A DNA stretch of 63,098 nucleotides, filler included, from Squatina squatina (taxonomy: Eukaryota), in assembly GCA_031763465.1 (NCBI GenBank). It is 3 parts of 3 records of this genome, joined end to end, with 100 filler letters (N's around TTAATTAATTAA, not from the genome) between each part and the next. Parts side by side here need not be neighbours in the genome. Positions count along the whole stretch, not along the records: positions 1 to 20,087 come from JARFOE010000234.1; positions 20,188 to 36,407 come from JARFOE010000004.1; 1 more part is not named here. The stretch is one strand, 5' to 3'. The notes under the pieces are model-generated. The model made no database searches and was not told the origin of the DNA. It saw only the letters and a program-made list of their open reading frames with translations. A program made the position numbers and the translations under genes. Shown here piece after piece: positions 12,679 through 24,658 of the stretch (position 1 is its first letter; each line of letters starts with the position of its first letter).

Positions 12679-12990
12679 CTTGAACTGCTGCAGTCTGTGT
12701 GATGGTACATTGCTGTTTGGTAGGGAGTTCCGGGACTTTGACCCAGTGATGATGAAGGAATGCCGATATATGTCCAAGTTGAGATGGTGTGTGACCTCAA
12801 GGAGTTGGTGTTCTCCTGCACCTGCTGCCCTTGTCCTTCTAGGTGGTGGAGGTCACAGGTTTAAGAGGTACTGCTGAAGAAGCCTTGGTGACTCACTGCA
12901 CTTCATCCGATTGATAGTACACACTGCAGTCACGATATGCCAATAGTAGAGGGAGTGGATGCTTAAGCTGATGGATGAGGTGAAGATCCA
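12679..12990 (-). mobile_element. Non-LTR retrotransposon ORF2 C-terminal fragment (CR1/L2-group)
   Basis: Minus-strand translation HSFIITGSKSRNSLPNS...LQQFK, a variant of the LINE WNSLP...FK motif, with upstream SLYYWHIVTAVCTI-like sequence. Confidence 0.65.
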
Positions 12991-13851
12991 GTTCCTTTGT
13001 CCTGCAATGTTTCTGTTGCTGATCACTACTGGAGCAGGTTCTGTCTACTTCAGTATGTAATTTTGCATTTAGTTGAATCCAAGGGAAAACTTTGGTGTGT
13101 TTAATGAGATTTGTGTAACTTACTTGTTCCATGTGCTGTGCAACACTAAATTTGACACTTAGTATACCCTCCTTTTGCCACATCCCACCAAAATCAAGAT
13201 GTAATGTGTGAAACTTGTGCAAATATACAAGAATGAACTATCTACACATTAATGCATTGTAGTTAACTGTATTTTTTCACCAGATCATGTTATTCATTGC
13301 TTACTGTGAGCTGCAGTTACATGATGATCTTGGGATTATTGGTAGTTAATTTTTTTGTTTAGTCAATAATCATCAAAGCTTCCTGTTTAGTTACTTATAA
13401 AATTGTGCCTAAAAATTGAAATTTAAAAACTGCTATTTGACTGTTTTAATTTCCTTGTGCACTATACCAAGCAGTGGTAAATGGCCGATTTCAGTGGGTG
13501 GAAACTTGATTTTCTTATTCAAATGAAAATACAACACTAAGTTGGAGTTGGGAACCAGATATTGGATGTATGTCCTGCATATTAAATCCATCAGACTCTT
13601 AATTCAAAGTCACTTAATTCAAATTATGATTTTTTTTTTTTTACGGACTGAATTCCCATTTTGCTGTGCTATTGATATTGCTTAATTAAAATTGTAGGAT
13701 AATTCAAATTTTTAGTGCAACAAATATTGAATTTATCCAAACTGAGCCTCGAGTTCCCTTGAAGAAATTTGCAGTACACTAAATAAGAAATGCTTTTGCT
13801 GCAGTGCAATGTACTTGACTAAAACTCTATGCTTTGTATTTATCTTTACAG

Positions 13852-13980
13852 GGGCTCAATGAGGGTTACATGGTAAAAGTGCACTTGAGATCTAAAAACT
13901 CCAAAAACAACATGGTTATGGGGGATCATTGCCTTCAAGGTCTTCAGTGTCATGAAGCAGAGCCTCTTTCTGAGGAAGAG
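13852..13980 (+). other. Candidate 129-bp phase-0/0 exon of unknown identity
   Basis: Acceptor tttatctttacag and donor GAG|gtgaga. Open frame GLNEGYMVKVHLRSKNSKNNMVMGDHCLQGLQCHEAEPLSEEE; no homology recognised. Confidence 0.2.
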
Positions 13981-16884
13981 GTGAGAATAACTGATAACCT
14001 GAACATTTCTAGTAAATGGTTTTTGATTCTGTCGAAATTGCATTGTATACACCGAAATGCCTTTTCTTAAGTTTGTAAACGAATATACCATGAACTCACT
14101 TGGGACAAATATAGNNNNNNNNNNNNNNNNNNNNNNNNNNNNNNNNNNNNNNNNNNNNNNNNNNNNNNNNNNNNNNNNNNNNNNNNNNNNNNNNNNNNNN
14201 NNNNNNNNNNNNNNGCATTTCAGAGTTATGCAGATTTTTGTTAAGCTGTGAATATTTCAGATATTCTTTCTGGGTCTGTAGCTGTTTTTTCTCTTGAGTA
14301 ATTTTAATAGCAGGGATTGAAGCAGCAGTCTCCATTTTTTTAAGGTTCTCTTACAACACTCCCTTTGCCCTGTCCCCATGCTCACAAAATCTTTGTCTAG
14401 TCCAGAGGAGGGAGCAATTTGTTTTCTCAATCAAGATTTCAATATATTTATGTGTTGGTAGCTTTTAATAATTTCTTACTGTGATTCAATTTAGACCAGA
14501 CATGTGATCTTTAAATTATCAAAGAAATGTTTCCGGGTAATGCTGTAAATTCTGAATTTGGACTCTCTAATTGCGATCTAGTATAAGAAAAAAAAAACTC
14601 CTTTTTTCCGTTGAAAAGGGAAATTTTACAAATCCTTGTTTCCCTCTTGCAAAAATAGCTCCAATGTTCCTCCTTTCATCCAATCCTTTTGCTGCCTGCG
14701 ACATCAAATTGTGACGCTGGAGATGCACCATCACTGAGATGCAGCTGTATAACTGACTCCTCCTCCTTAATGTTCCTGTATTTTTTAATATGTTTAAAAG
14801 GGCAAGTGTAGAGTTCAGCTGCTGTTACCCTGACCAGTTTCACTTATTAATCTTTTGTTATTAAGTAATTAAAATGCTGTTTTCTTTCAATTGCCCATAC
14901 AATATTCCCGAGCTGGGAGATTGAGCAGGCACCCTGAGGACTCTGATAGTTTTGTTCGGTTTACTAAAATGTGTGTGCTTATATTTTCTAAAGGGTAGAA
15001 TTTTATTTTCTTGTTCCTCCAATTTTCTACCTCCTTTCCCTTCCTTCCTAAATATCAAATACCCTTGGATGTTCNNNNNNNNNNCTGAACATCTATTAAC
15101 TATGAAAAATTCACCCGGGTAGATTTTTAGTCTGAATTTCAGAAACAAGAGCAGTTCTTTATTATCCATGTTCCTTTAACTTAATATCCAATCATTCCAG
15201 TTATTTTTAGTTTTCTCTTAGGAATACTTTCATGAGATAAGATCTAGGCCTTTATTGTAGTTTGAAGGCTTTCTGTAATAGTGCATTGAATTTACTAATC
15301 CAGAATTAACCTTAAAATAACCTGTTTTGCCAAGATTAGAGTCAATGAATTCTGCAAATAACAATGTATTTGTTTTTGTTAAAGTAAAAAATGTTAATAA
15401 AGACAGAGATACTCCTTGTCCCTGTGCCCAGCCTATCATTGTGGAACTGAATTTACATGAAGAGCTTTTACTGTGCACTCTGTGAGCCTGCAGCCTGCCA
15501 CATTTCCTCTTCCCCTAAGTACAGGTGTTTAGTCATCTCTTGTGGTTTCCTGAGCTGTTGTTTCTGTCCCAAAGCAACTATGTATGATCATATAATTAAA
15601 AGTAATTGTACAAATATCCTTAAGGAAGACCCAAAAGGCTGTTAATTCCTTGAATCTTTATAGGCCACCCAGCCTGCTGACTTAAGATCTANNNNNNNNN
15701 NNNNNNNNNNNNNNNNNNNNNNNNNNNNNNNNNNNNNNNNNNNNNNNNNNNNNNNNNNNNNNNNNNNNNNNNNNNNNNNNNNNNNNNNNNNTTAACTGTT
15801 GACCGTGTTGGAAACTTTCATTGTCTTACTTCTGACCATCTTGACTCAGTGACGAGAACTACCAAAATCGTATAATGTCAGAAGGGAAAGGAGACCACAG
15901 GTCTTGGTTCATCTAACAAATTTATATTGATTAGGATATTAGGATGCGCAGATTATGCACGTTGTTTAGCAAGCTAGAATGTATGTATATAGTTTACATT
16001 CTGTAATTAGCTTGTTTAAATTGCCTTGGGTAATAAAGCTTTTATTACTGGCAACTGTGGTCTCTGCCTTGTGGTAGTTAATTAGGACCTAATGTGCCCT
16101 GCTTTGTGCAGTCTTCTATTGGGAAGCAGCGTGTATAACATAACGTAGTCTTGCTTACCATTAATCTGGATGGGAAATTCAGGCATGTATAACTTGTCTT
16201 TAGAGAATGTGTTCAGAGGTTGGTGCCAATCCTGAGGTGGGGTAAAGCAGTTTTGACAAATTTGGAAACTGGTAAATGTGGGAAGAATGAAGACCTGCCA
16301 ATGGATGAGTATCTCCTTTTAGTAGGTTATCCATGACCATATTATCTTTGGTACAAAAACACTTCTATTCCTTTTCACATTCAACTATCTGCAATTGATA
16401 GTTGAGTCAATTAACTTTCAGTATTTAAATAAGGGATGATTGAATTAAGCAATAACAGATGTATGAGAATACAGTAAATTGTAATTGAAGACAGATAGCT
16501 TGATTTGGGTCAAGTCCTTCATTGAAATTGTGGTCCTCCATTCCATCCTTCTGCAGTAATACAAGTTTTTCATTGCAAATTGATTATGTAAACTTAAATA
16601 TTTAAAACAATTCCTTGCGTGGCTCTGCTGAGACACACGCAGGACTGGAAGCAACCATGCCAAATATTAACCTGATACAGTGAGTTGCTGAAGATGCCAC
16701 AGGCGTCACTGGCCAAACCCTTGTTCACACCCACGAATCTCCTGGCGCTGTTCTCCCNNNNNNNNNNNNNNNNNNNNNNNNNNNNNNNNNNNNNNNNNNN
16801 NNNNNNNNNNNNNNNNNNNNNNNNNNNNNNNNNNNNNNNNNNNNNNNNNNNNNNNNNCTTGACCAAGCGTTTGATCACCTGTGA

Positions 16885-17000
16885 ACAATAACTTGTATTT
16901 ATATAGCACCTTTAACGCAGTAAAACGTCACAAGGCACTTCACAGGAGTATTATAAGACAAAATTTGAACACCAAGCACATAAGGAGATATGAAGAGAGA
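16885..17000 (-). mobile_element. L2-type LINE/SINE 3' tail
   Basis: aacaataacttgtatttatatagcacctttaacgcagtaaaacgtcacaaggcacttcacagg is the reverse complement of the L2 tail seen at 30420-30490. Confidence 0.75.
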
Positions 17001-17084
17001 TGGTCATCAACTCCTTAAAACCTACCTCTTATTGATGGAATAGACATGTGGTTGGAAGCTCACCTTGGAATCGTCTTCTTTGGC

Positions 17085-17186
17085 TCAGTGTGCATCGTTT
17101 TTATTGTCTGATCACGTGCCTGTGAAGCGTCTTCGAATGTTTCACCGCATTAAAAGCGCCATATGAATGCAAGTTGTTGCTGTTGA
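17085..17186 (+). mobile_element. L2-type LINE/SINE 3' tail
   Basis: cctgtgaagcgtcttcgaatgtttcaccgcattaaaagcgccatatgaatgcaagttgttgctgttg. Confidence 0.7.
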
Positions 17187-17624
17187 AGTAGGGGGGAAAG
17201 AAGATGTTCTGACTGTCGTTTCCCAAAATTCTGTTGAAAGGAAAATTGTTCCAGAGGATGGAGTGCAGTAAACGCGAGGCAAAGGTAAGCCCGGAAATCA
17301 CAGGCCAGCTAGTCTTGCTTCAGCTGTTGGTCAGCTCCTGAATTTGACATTACACGGTGAAATTACTGAGCAATTGGAGAAATATAAATGAATTAAGGTC
17401 AATCAGCACAAATCCCTCAAAGGCAGGTTATGCTTCAGCACCCTTACAGAAACTCTTTGAAAATATTTAAGATAATCACAAAAAGAATTAAAGAGATTAG
17501 AAAAAAAATTACTTCAAAAAAAGATGATTAGAATTGAAAATAATGTTTTGTGATCGAGTATGTGAGTAATTAGAGACATGCCGTGTGGCGAGTGTAGCGC
17601 TCGGGGTGAACAGGAGACTTTGGG

Positions 17625-17825
17625 CCGATGGTTTCCAAAGCTCTCCACCACTGGGAGTTTCCTCGCCTCATGTCTGGGTCTGTTGTAGATTTACTGATAG
17701 AGATTGATCACTGGGATTGGTCAACAACTCCATTATCGTTGGATCATCGACTACCAGGATGGTCGAAGGTGAACTCGAAAGATGGACCTGGGTCTTTATC
17801 AATTCCAGTGATCCAACATTCCTAG
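17625..17825 (+). repeat. Interspersed repeat with CR1-like 3' end, copy 1
   Basis: Aligns by eye with 40473-40670 (ccgatggtt.ccaaagc.ct.ccaccactggg...gtcaacaactcc...caggatggt.gaagg...atggacct.ggtct). Confidence 0.65.
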
Positions 17826-18914
17826 AATTTAGAATCATAAATTTTAGGTCGTTGGCTGAAAAAGAGGAATATTAAAGAGTATGGGGAGTGAGCAGGAGTG
17901 TGGAATTAACTCAGTGGTGTATGGAGAAAAGCACAGATGCAGAAATGTTGGGTGGAATGGCCCCTTTCTGTGCAATGATTTTCTATGATGCTCCTATAAT
18001 TCTTTGTCTCATTTTCTGTCTCACTCTCTCTTTCCCATTGTCTAATACCCTGGGCTATGTTGCCACTGTTAAGTGTTTTATTGACCATGCAGCAACAGTG
18101 GCACACTTCCAGCAAATTATTCTTGAGTACTGATTGTTAAGGCCTCGTTAAACACCAATCCTGAGAAAATCTTAAAAAAAAGAATTCCGCAATGCGAGAA
18201 ATGGTAGTGAAGTGCCAGCCGTCAGTGAGTTGAGTGTAGGCTCAGATTTTGAAGTATTACAGCAGTGAATCAGCTATGGGATTGCGGAGTTACTTTGCCT
18301 CAGTCTAACAGCTATTGGTGGGAATTACAGAATGCAGGAGAAGGAGGAAAGAGCAAGGTGGGACCCAAAGGGCATTGAACGTGTGCTGCTTGCGTTCGCT
18401 ACTATTTCAGGCAGCTTGTGCACAGCAGAGTCGGCTGGCTGGGCACTGCATGAGTAAGATCGAGCTCAGCAGGGAGGCTGTGATTGAGGTGAGTTGCCTG
18501 ATTGAAGAAACCCTGCAGAAAAAGCCGACGATATGCGCTTCACTCCCAGAGTACAGAGAAAGAAATCAACGGCGATACTTGTCGAGGCTTTTACAGGGAA
18601 TGCTGCTTTAAAGGCGTTCGGAATTGTCCGATATGAAAATTAAAAAGATCAAACTCCATTCAGCTCCTCTGGTGGACACAATGCTTGACACCCTCTGAGT
18701 CAACAAGAAAAAAACAATGCTGACAGTTTAATAAAAAAACAAAGCCACGCTGAAGGTTTAATTTTAAAACATTTCCTTTTAATCTTGGCCAATTTGTGTT
18801 AATTAAGAAGATTACTTTTTAAATGACAGCAAAACAAATTGCATCCACAGCATGGGCCAGAATTTAAGTTCTCTTTATTCTGCTCAGCAATATATTTGCA
18901 CCCCAGGCTCACAA

Positions 18915-19075
18915 GTAGGTCAGTGAGTTATACACTGGCCTTTCATCTCTGGTACCTAGATTCAAATCCAGCTCATACTGATGGGATGAAAGTCTCCTCC
19001 GCCAGTTTGCTGTAAGAGTCTGATATGATGTGAGTTTATGCAGCCTCAATCCAGTTCCGAAGGGGACATAAGCCT
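18915..19075 (+). mobile_element. LF-SINE-related tRNA-derived SINE fragment
   Basis: gcctttcatctctggtacctagattcaaatccagc and gtgagtttatgcagcctcaatccagttcc resemble recalled LF-SINE consensus segments gcctttcacctct...ggttcgaatccagc and gagttggtggtctcagtccagttcc. Confidence 0.55.
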
Positions 19076-20087
19076 AGAGTGCAAATGTATGCTCCACAAG
19101 AAATATGCAGTGGAATTTAGATTATTTACTTACAAAAAAACTTATCGAATTTGTAATAAGAAACACAAATCATTAAGTGTTCCTCTTTATTGCAGGTTTT
19201 AAGTAGCAAGCTTCAGAAATTAACGTATTTTAGGTAAGATCAATAATGGTACTATTTAGATATTTTATTTGCAAGGAGAAAAAGACTCAGATGATTAGAG
19301 CTTATCTGTAATACAGATGGTTTGATTTAGCTATGATCCATCTTTGTTTAATATCCAACTGTTGCCCAAAAAGCCCCCATGATTGATTTTTCTCTCCCAT
19401 GCAACTCCTGGTAGGATTTCTCAGTTCAGTAGGGGTTTGCACAGAGGCTGATGATGGTTTAAATAACAAGACTTGTCTTTTGCACATATTGCACCAATTA
19501 AACCCAGAAAAGTTTCACAAAGGAAGTCTGTAACCTAGTCTTGTAGTATCAACTTGTATTACAGCTTGAAGCACTTGAAGAATGTTTATAGCATGAAACA
19601 TTATATTGTCCTTGTTAATGCAATATTTTATTGTACCTTTGGGCTGAAATCCTAAACGTGATTGGCTGAAAAGCAATCTTATGTTGCAAAATAGTTTCCC
19701 CAGTTCTCAGATTTATTTCAGCCTTCAGTCAATGGCATCAACAGGCAATACAAGCAACGACTGTTGGCCACTGAAGTCACACAATACAGTTATTAACTAT
19801 TCGAGCAGTCACTAAATATGGCTAAAAGCTTTCTTCGATTTTTATTCGATTTAACTCAAGTGTATAATAAAACAAATATTAACTGCAATTTTCCAGCTAT
19901 AAATAGTAAGCTATTGCTCTTTTTGGATTGCAAAATGATGTTTAATGTGCAATAGTACTGTAATTACAAGTCTCTGGGCAACGTTTTACCACATATACCC
20001 AGTGTTGTGGAGAATTTCTGCATTTGAACACTTATAAATACAGTTTCTTGGGAATTTTATTTATGTTTACTATTAATGGTCATGTTA

Positions 20088-20187
20088 NNNNNNNNNNNNN
20101 NNNNNNNNNNNNNNNNNNNNNNNNNNNNNNNTTAATTAATTAANNNNNNNNNNNNNNNNNNNNNNNNNNNNNNNNNNNNNNNNNNNN
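20088..20187. other. Assembly gap with synthetic six-frame stop linker (44N-TTAATTAATTAA-44N)
   Basis: TTAATTAATTAA at 20132-20143 is centred in an exactly 100-base spacer. The identical construct occurs at 36408-36507. Confidence 0.9.

Positions 20188-20261
<74 letters not shown>
20188..20261. repeat. 74-nt poly-C (poly-G on minus) at a contig end; likely sequencing artefact
   Basis: Pure homopolymer abutting a gap, typical of two-colour-chemistry poly-G read tails. Confidence 0.75.
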
Positions 20262-20409
20262 ACGAGAGGAACAAAAGTTACACCATCAAAAATTCAGGAT
20301 TAATCAATTAAATGGTATTTGGAGAGAGAGAGAGCGCAAGAGTGAGAGAAAAGGAATGCGAGTAGAAAAGAGAAGGAGGGAGTGTGTGACTTTAGTGCAC
20401 AAGTCTTAC

Positions 20410-20595
20410 CTCTAAAATCTTTTCCAGCGCTGCATGGGTGAGACAGGGATGTTCTTTAAGGATCTGAGTCTTTTTGATCTTGTATCGGTCTACCGCTTCG
20501 GTCCAGTTCGGTTCTTCCAGCACTTGGAAGATAGCAGCGCCGATTGACAGATAGAAGATGATGGCTGAGGTCAGTAAGGGGCCCCTGTCTACCAT
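20410..20595 (-). CDS. KCNK5: Two-pore-domain K+ channel KCNK5 (TASK-2), first coding exon (TM1 plus cap)
   Basis: 186-bp exon from ATG to donor GAG|gtaaga. MVDRGPLLTSAIIFYLSIGAAIFQVLEEPNW...HPCL...LEKILE matches the KCNK5 N-terminus, including cap Cys51. Confidence 0.95.
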
Positions 20596-20619
20596 ACTGT
20601 TTCTTTAGGCAACAAAAAA

Positions 20620-20930
20620 AAAGCTTCGCAACGCCCCGCGAGAAAGAAAATAAAGTGAATAAAAGCAGCAGCCACTTTTTTTTTTAAAAAAAACTGCACT
20701 TTCTGCGAAATTCTCGTTTGAATTTGGGGCGCTATTAGCAGCGCGCGCGTGCGCGGTGCGTCCAGGCCAGAAAACTTTTTTTGAAGAGGGAAAAAGTTTT
20801 TTTTTCCCCCCCCTCCCCAATTAACTTTTTTTTATAAAAAAAAGGGGAGGTGGGGGGGGATAAATAAATCCTTACAAAATCCACACCGGCCGTGGGTCAA
20901 AAAAACACTCCCCCACTCGGAGACAATCAC
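20620..20930 (-). promoter_or_regulatory. KCNK5 5'UTR / CpG-rich promoter region (low-quality sequence)
   Basis: CG-dense (gcgcgcgcgtgcgcggtgcg) directly upstream of the KCNK5 ATG. Many expanded homopolymers suggest base-call errors. Confidence 0.5.
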
Positions 20931-21211
20931 CATTCGATTGGATTTTTTTTTCTTCCCCCAAAAAAATATTTTGGTGTTTTTCTTCAGAAAAAAATGATAG
21001 TTTCTGTGTACTTTTTTTTAATTGTAATTTTTTTAAAACAAAAAAACAATAAAAGATCAAGTTGTCTGGTGTTGAATGTCGGATTTGTTTTTTGGTCCTC
21101 TTTTTCCCTGGNNNNNNNNNNNNNNNNNNNNNNNNNNNNNNNNNNNNNNNNNNNNNNNNNNNNNNNNNNNNNNNNNNNNNNNNNNNNNNNNNNNNNNNNN
21201 NNNNNNNNNNN

Positions 21212-21400
21212 GTTCTGGGAAGGAGGAGAAGGGGTGAGGGCAGAGGTGCGGGAAATGGACCGGACACGGTCGAGGGCCATGTCCACCAAGGCAGAGGGGA
21301 ATCCTCGGTTGAGGAAAAAGGAAGACGTGTCAGAAGCGCTGGTTTGGAAGGTGGCGTCGTCAGAACAGATGCAACGAGATGGAGGAACTGGGAGAATGGC
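21212..21400 (-). mobile_element. Penelope-like retroelement fragment (region C-terminal to the RT core)
   Basis: PFSQFL / RCICSDDATFQTSASDTSSFFLNRGFPSALVDMALDRVRSISRTSALTP matches the PLE SQFLRLRRICS...F..RGYP motif. Confidence 0.75.
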
Positions 21401-21699
21401 CTCGCCAACAACCCTCCCACCTAGAGAGTGAATAAAACAAAACACTGAGACGGACTGGTTGGGCCGAACAGTCCGTTCCTGTGTTGTAAGTATAAATGAC
21501 TGTTGACATTGATGTCATCATAACAATTGCTGAATGTGCTCATATCCATCTTCTCTCTGCTATTTTAACAGACATATTTACCTCATGGAGATTTAAATGC
21601 ATTTAAACCAACTAGGCTAATGCCTTACATTGAAATGGCAGATTGAGATTATAGCAGTGTAGTAACATCATCAATTGTTCTTTTCAGGCTATAGTTAGT

Positions 21700-22335
21700 G
21701 AAATACAATGATGCTCCACTCTGTGCCAAGCACCAGGACTAGGTGCAATGCCTGCAAGAGTGAGGGAATGGTATTCAAGGGACTGTTGTGATTCTTTCTG
21801 CAGTGCCTTTACCACAGTGACGAGTGGAAAATAGCAAATGCTGTTCCAATTTAAAAGAAACATCAGAGGCGAGATCTTGGATATCTAAGCCTGTCTGCTT
21901 GACATCTGTGGCAGTTAAAAACAGAAGGGGAAGGTTTCATCTTTGAACTATCTGTGACAAATTATAAACCCGTTTTTTAAAGGAATATTTGTGATTTTGT
22001 TGCACGCAACGCTCAGAACAGATTGACCTCCCCTGCCCACAGCACTTACAGAAAAAATCAATACGGGACCACCCAACAAAGCTAAAAGTTACCATCAAAC
22101 ACAAATGTGGGATTACGAAAAGCAGCTCACACCTAGCAAGTTCATCAGAATGTTTTTGAGAATGTAAGAGATTTCCTAGGTGGCGGCACTTGTGACTAAC
22201 TGAAGATGGAGGAGGAGCTTGGAAATTGGATAAGAAATTGGCTAAATTAGTGGAGTGATCAGTGGGAACAACAATGATCAACCGAGCCCTCTAGGGGCTG
22301 GCCCTGGGACTACTGCTGTTCACGGTCTATATAAA
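21700..22335 (+). mobile_element. Old, degenerate CR1 ORF2 fragments
   Basis: gagtggaaaatagcaaatgctgttccaatttaaaag (W..ANV.P.FKK motif) and ctaggggctggccctgggactactgctgttcacggtctatataaa (QG..LG.LLF..YI motif). Confidence 0.55.
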
Positions 22336-22419
22336 AGTCTTTAGTGCACGCACACCTGTCACACTTCAGATGGAACACTCCAAAGTGTCAAAAGTATATC
22401 AAAAAGAAAGCAAAGGCAG

Positions 22420-22621
22420 CGAATTCGTCCTTTTTTTTGGCATTAAACTAGCTTTAATTCAGCGTTAACAGCCTAACACCGATTTTGGGCGCTAAATTTA
22501 CCGATGGGAAATGCGTCCCCCTTAACGCTGGCGCTAAATGGGCGTTAAACCCTTAGGACGAGAAACTCAGCGTTAGATGCTGGCAATGACGTCATCAGTA
22601 GGCGCAATGCCCAAAATGGCC
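22420..22621. mobile_element. MITE family A fragment (GC-rich, gcgctaa-rich)
   Basis: Shares blocks acgctggcgctaaatgg, gaaactcagc and cagtagg.gcaa.gcccaaaatggc with 47930-48175. Confidence 0.65.
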
Positions 22622-22829
22622 NNNNNNNNNNNNNNNNNNNNNNNNNNNNNNNNNNNNNNNNNNNNNNNNNNNNNNNNNNNNNNNNNNNNNNNNNNNNNNN
22701 NNNNNNNNNNNNNNNNNNNNNTTGACAGATGTTGGCAGACCAGCTTGTGTATTTCCAGCATTTTCAGTGAGTTGTGGCCAAAATGTCTCCCTCCATAAAA
22801 ACCATCAAATGAATGAGTCATTCATTGCT

Positions 22830-22965
22830 ATATATGGGGCCTTATGCACAAAATGGCTGCTGTATTTGCTTACATCACAACAGTGACCACATATCAAATG
22901 TAATTAATTGTCAATGAAGTGCCTTGGAGTGTCCTGAGGATGTGAAAGTGTGACATAACACAAGT
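22830..22965 (+). mobile_element. 3' part of Deu-domain SINE (same family as 58284-58710)
   Basis: gcacaaaatggctgctgtatttgcttacatcacaacagtgac...gtgtcctgaggatgtgaaag matches the tail of the full copy. Confidence 0.65.
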
Positions 22966-23741
22966 TATTTCTTTATAAATACAAGTCTTCCTTTTACCAG
23001 AATCCCAATTTTGTTAAGTACAGCAGTGCTATAACTTACAACTTTTTCATTTGACATACACCTGCTGGGGAATCTTATTTGCTCGGTTGCTAATACTTGC
23101 ATTATTGATAGCGTAATGAATATTTTGCCATTGTTTAGAAACTGTGCCATTATATAAAGATGAGGTAAATTCAGACTATTACTTTAAAACAAGCCAATAT
23201 AGTAAAATCAGAGGACACAAATGGAAATATTAAAAACAAATTTGGAATATCAAGAAAAAGAGAGATTAATGTTTGAAATAAATTTCAAAGTAAAGTAATA
23301 GAATCAAATACATTATGATATGCAAAATACAATTACACGCAATGATGGGAGGGTTAGTGGAATAAGGAAACACTTGGATTTATATAGGCATGATTATGTT
23401 GTCAAAACATCCCAAAATGCTTGACACAGTGACTTGATTTTGGAATGTAGTGACAATTATGTAAGCACTAGAGGCTCTAGAGGGATCAGCATCAATGGGC
23501 CAAATGGCATTTCCTGTGTCTGCCTGTCTTTATGATCTCATGATTTGGCAGTAAGGCACACAGCCCCATAAGTTGTATTATCACCATGGCTACTGTATGC
23601 ATGTGACACAGGGCCAGCAACTGTTTGGCCAATTTTGGTGAAACCATTCCTACTGTGTGTGACTTTGTTTGCAGGCAGTTTACTCTCTCTCAATATCTGC
23701 ACAGATGCCCCTTGTGTATCGTTGCACTGCTGGGTGATTCA

Positions 23742-23963
<222 letters not shown>

Positions 23964-23979
23964 TTAAAATATTTGTTCT

Positions 23980-24125
23980 ACAGGATCAGGAATAGTCCAT
24001 TCAGCCCCTCGAACCTGTTAGATCTGTATCTCAACTTCATTTACCCACCATGGCTCCATATCCCTTAAGACACTTATCTAACAAAAATCTATCAATCTCA
24101 GTTTTGAAATTTTCAATTGGCCTAG
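23980..24125 (-). mobile_element. CR1 3' tail
   Basis: caggaatagtccattcagcccctcgaacctg...ctccatatcccttaa is the reverse complement of the CR1 tail. Confidence 0.7.
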
Positions 24126-24658
24126 NNNNNNNNNNNNNNNNNNNNNNNNNNNNNNNNNNNNNNNNNNNNNNNNNNNNNNNNNNNNNNNNNNNNNNNNNNN
24201 NNNNNNNNNNNNNNNNNNNNNNNNNACTGTAAATCTAATCATCAACCGGATTTTCTACAGTGTAAAAGTTAATATTATTTGCTGGAAAAAACTCAGCAGG
24301 GACACGCTTAATGTACCGAAATCTAGAAAACTCAGCGCTGGTTAACAAGCACATTCCTTGGCAATGCTCCGAATTTACAGCACCGGAGTGCACCTGCGTT
24401 GAGAGTAAAGTTAGATGACTGACAAGTCCTTTGAAGCAATCATTTAAACACGAGAAGTACACCAGTTAGTATAAATGCTTACATCCTACACCAATCTTGT
24501 CCCAGGGTCAGAACATCTCTGCTCTCCATTTAATCTAATCTCACCGAATTGCTATAAACGCATTCCAGCATCACTCGGCTGGTATGGTGCTTTGAATTAT
24601 TCTTAAAGTCAAGAGGTTTCCCCACGCCCCCCTTTCCCCTCAGTATTTTTCTGCTTAC

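Noticed and set aside
15400-15440. AQGQGVSLS resembling KCNK5 exon 2 (AAGQGVAIT)
   Set aside because: No following NWNW...TTIG pore motif and no suitable splice sites; chance similarity.
16660-16757. Minus-strand open frames at a contig end (ENSARRFVGVNKG / GEQRQEIRGCEQGFGQ*) as a KCNK5 or SAYSD1 exon
   Set aside because: No recognisable match to either protein, and truncated by a gap.
20132-20143. TTAATTAATTAA as a piggyBac TSD or homeodomain site
   Set aside because: Isolated inside symmetrical N runs, twice; an artificial linker.
20188-20261. G-quadruplex-forming poly-G in KCNK5 intron 1
   Set aside because: Pure homopolymer at a contig end; likely a sequencing artefact.
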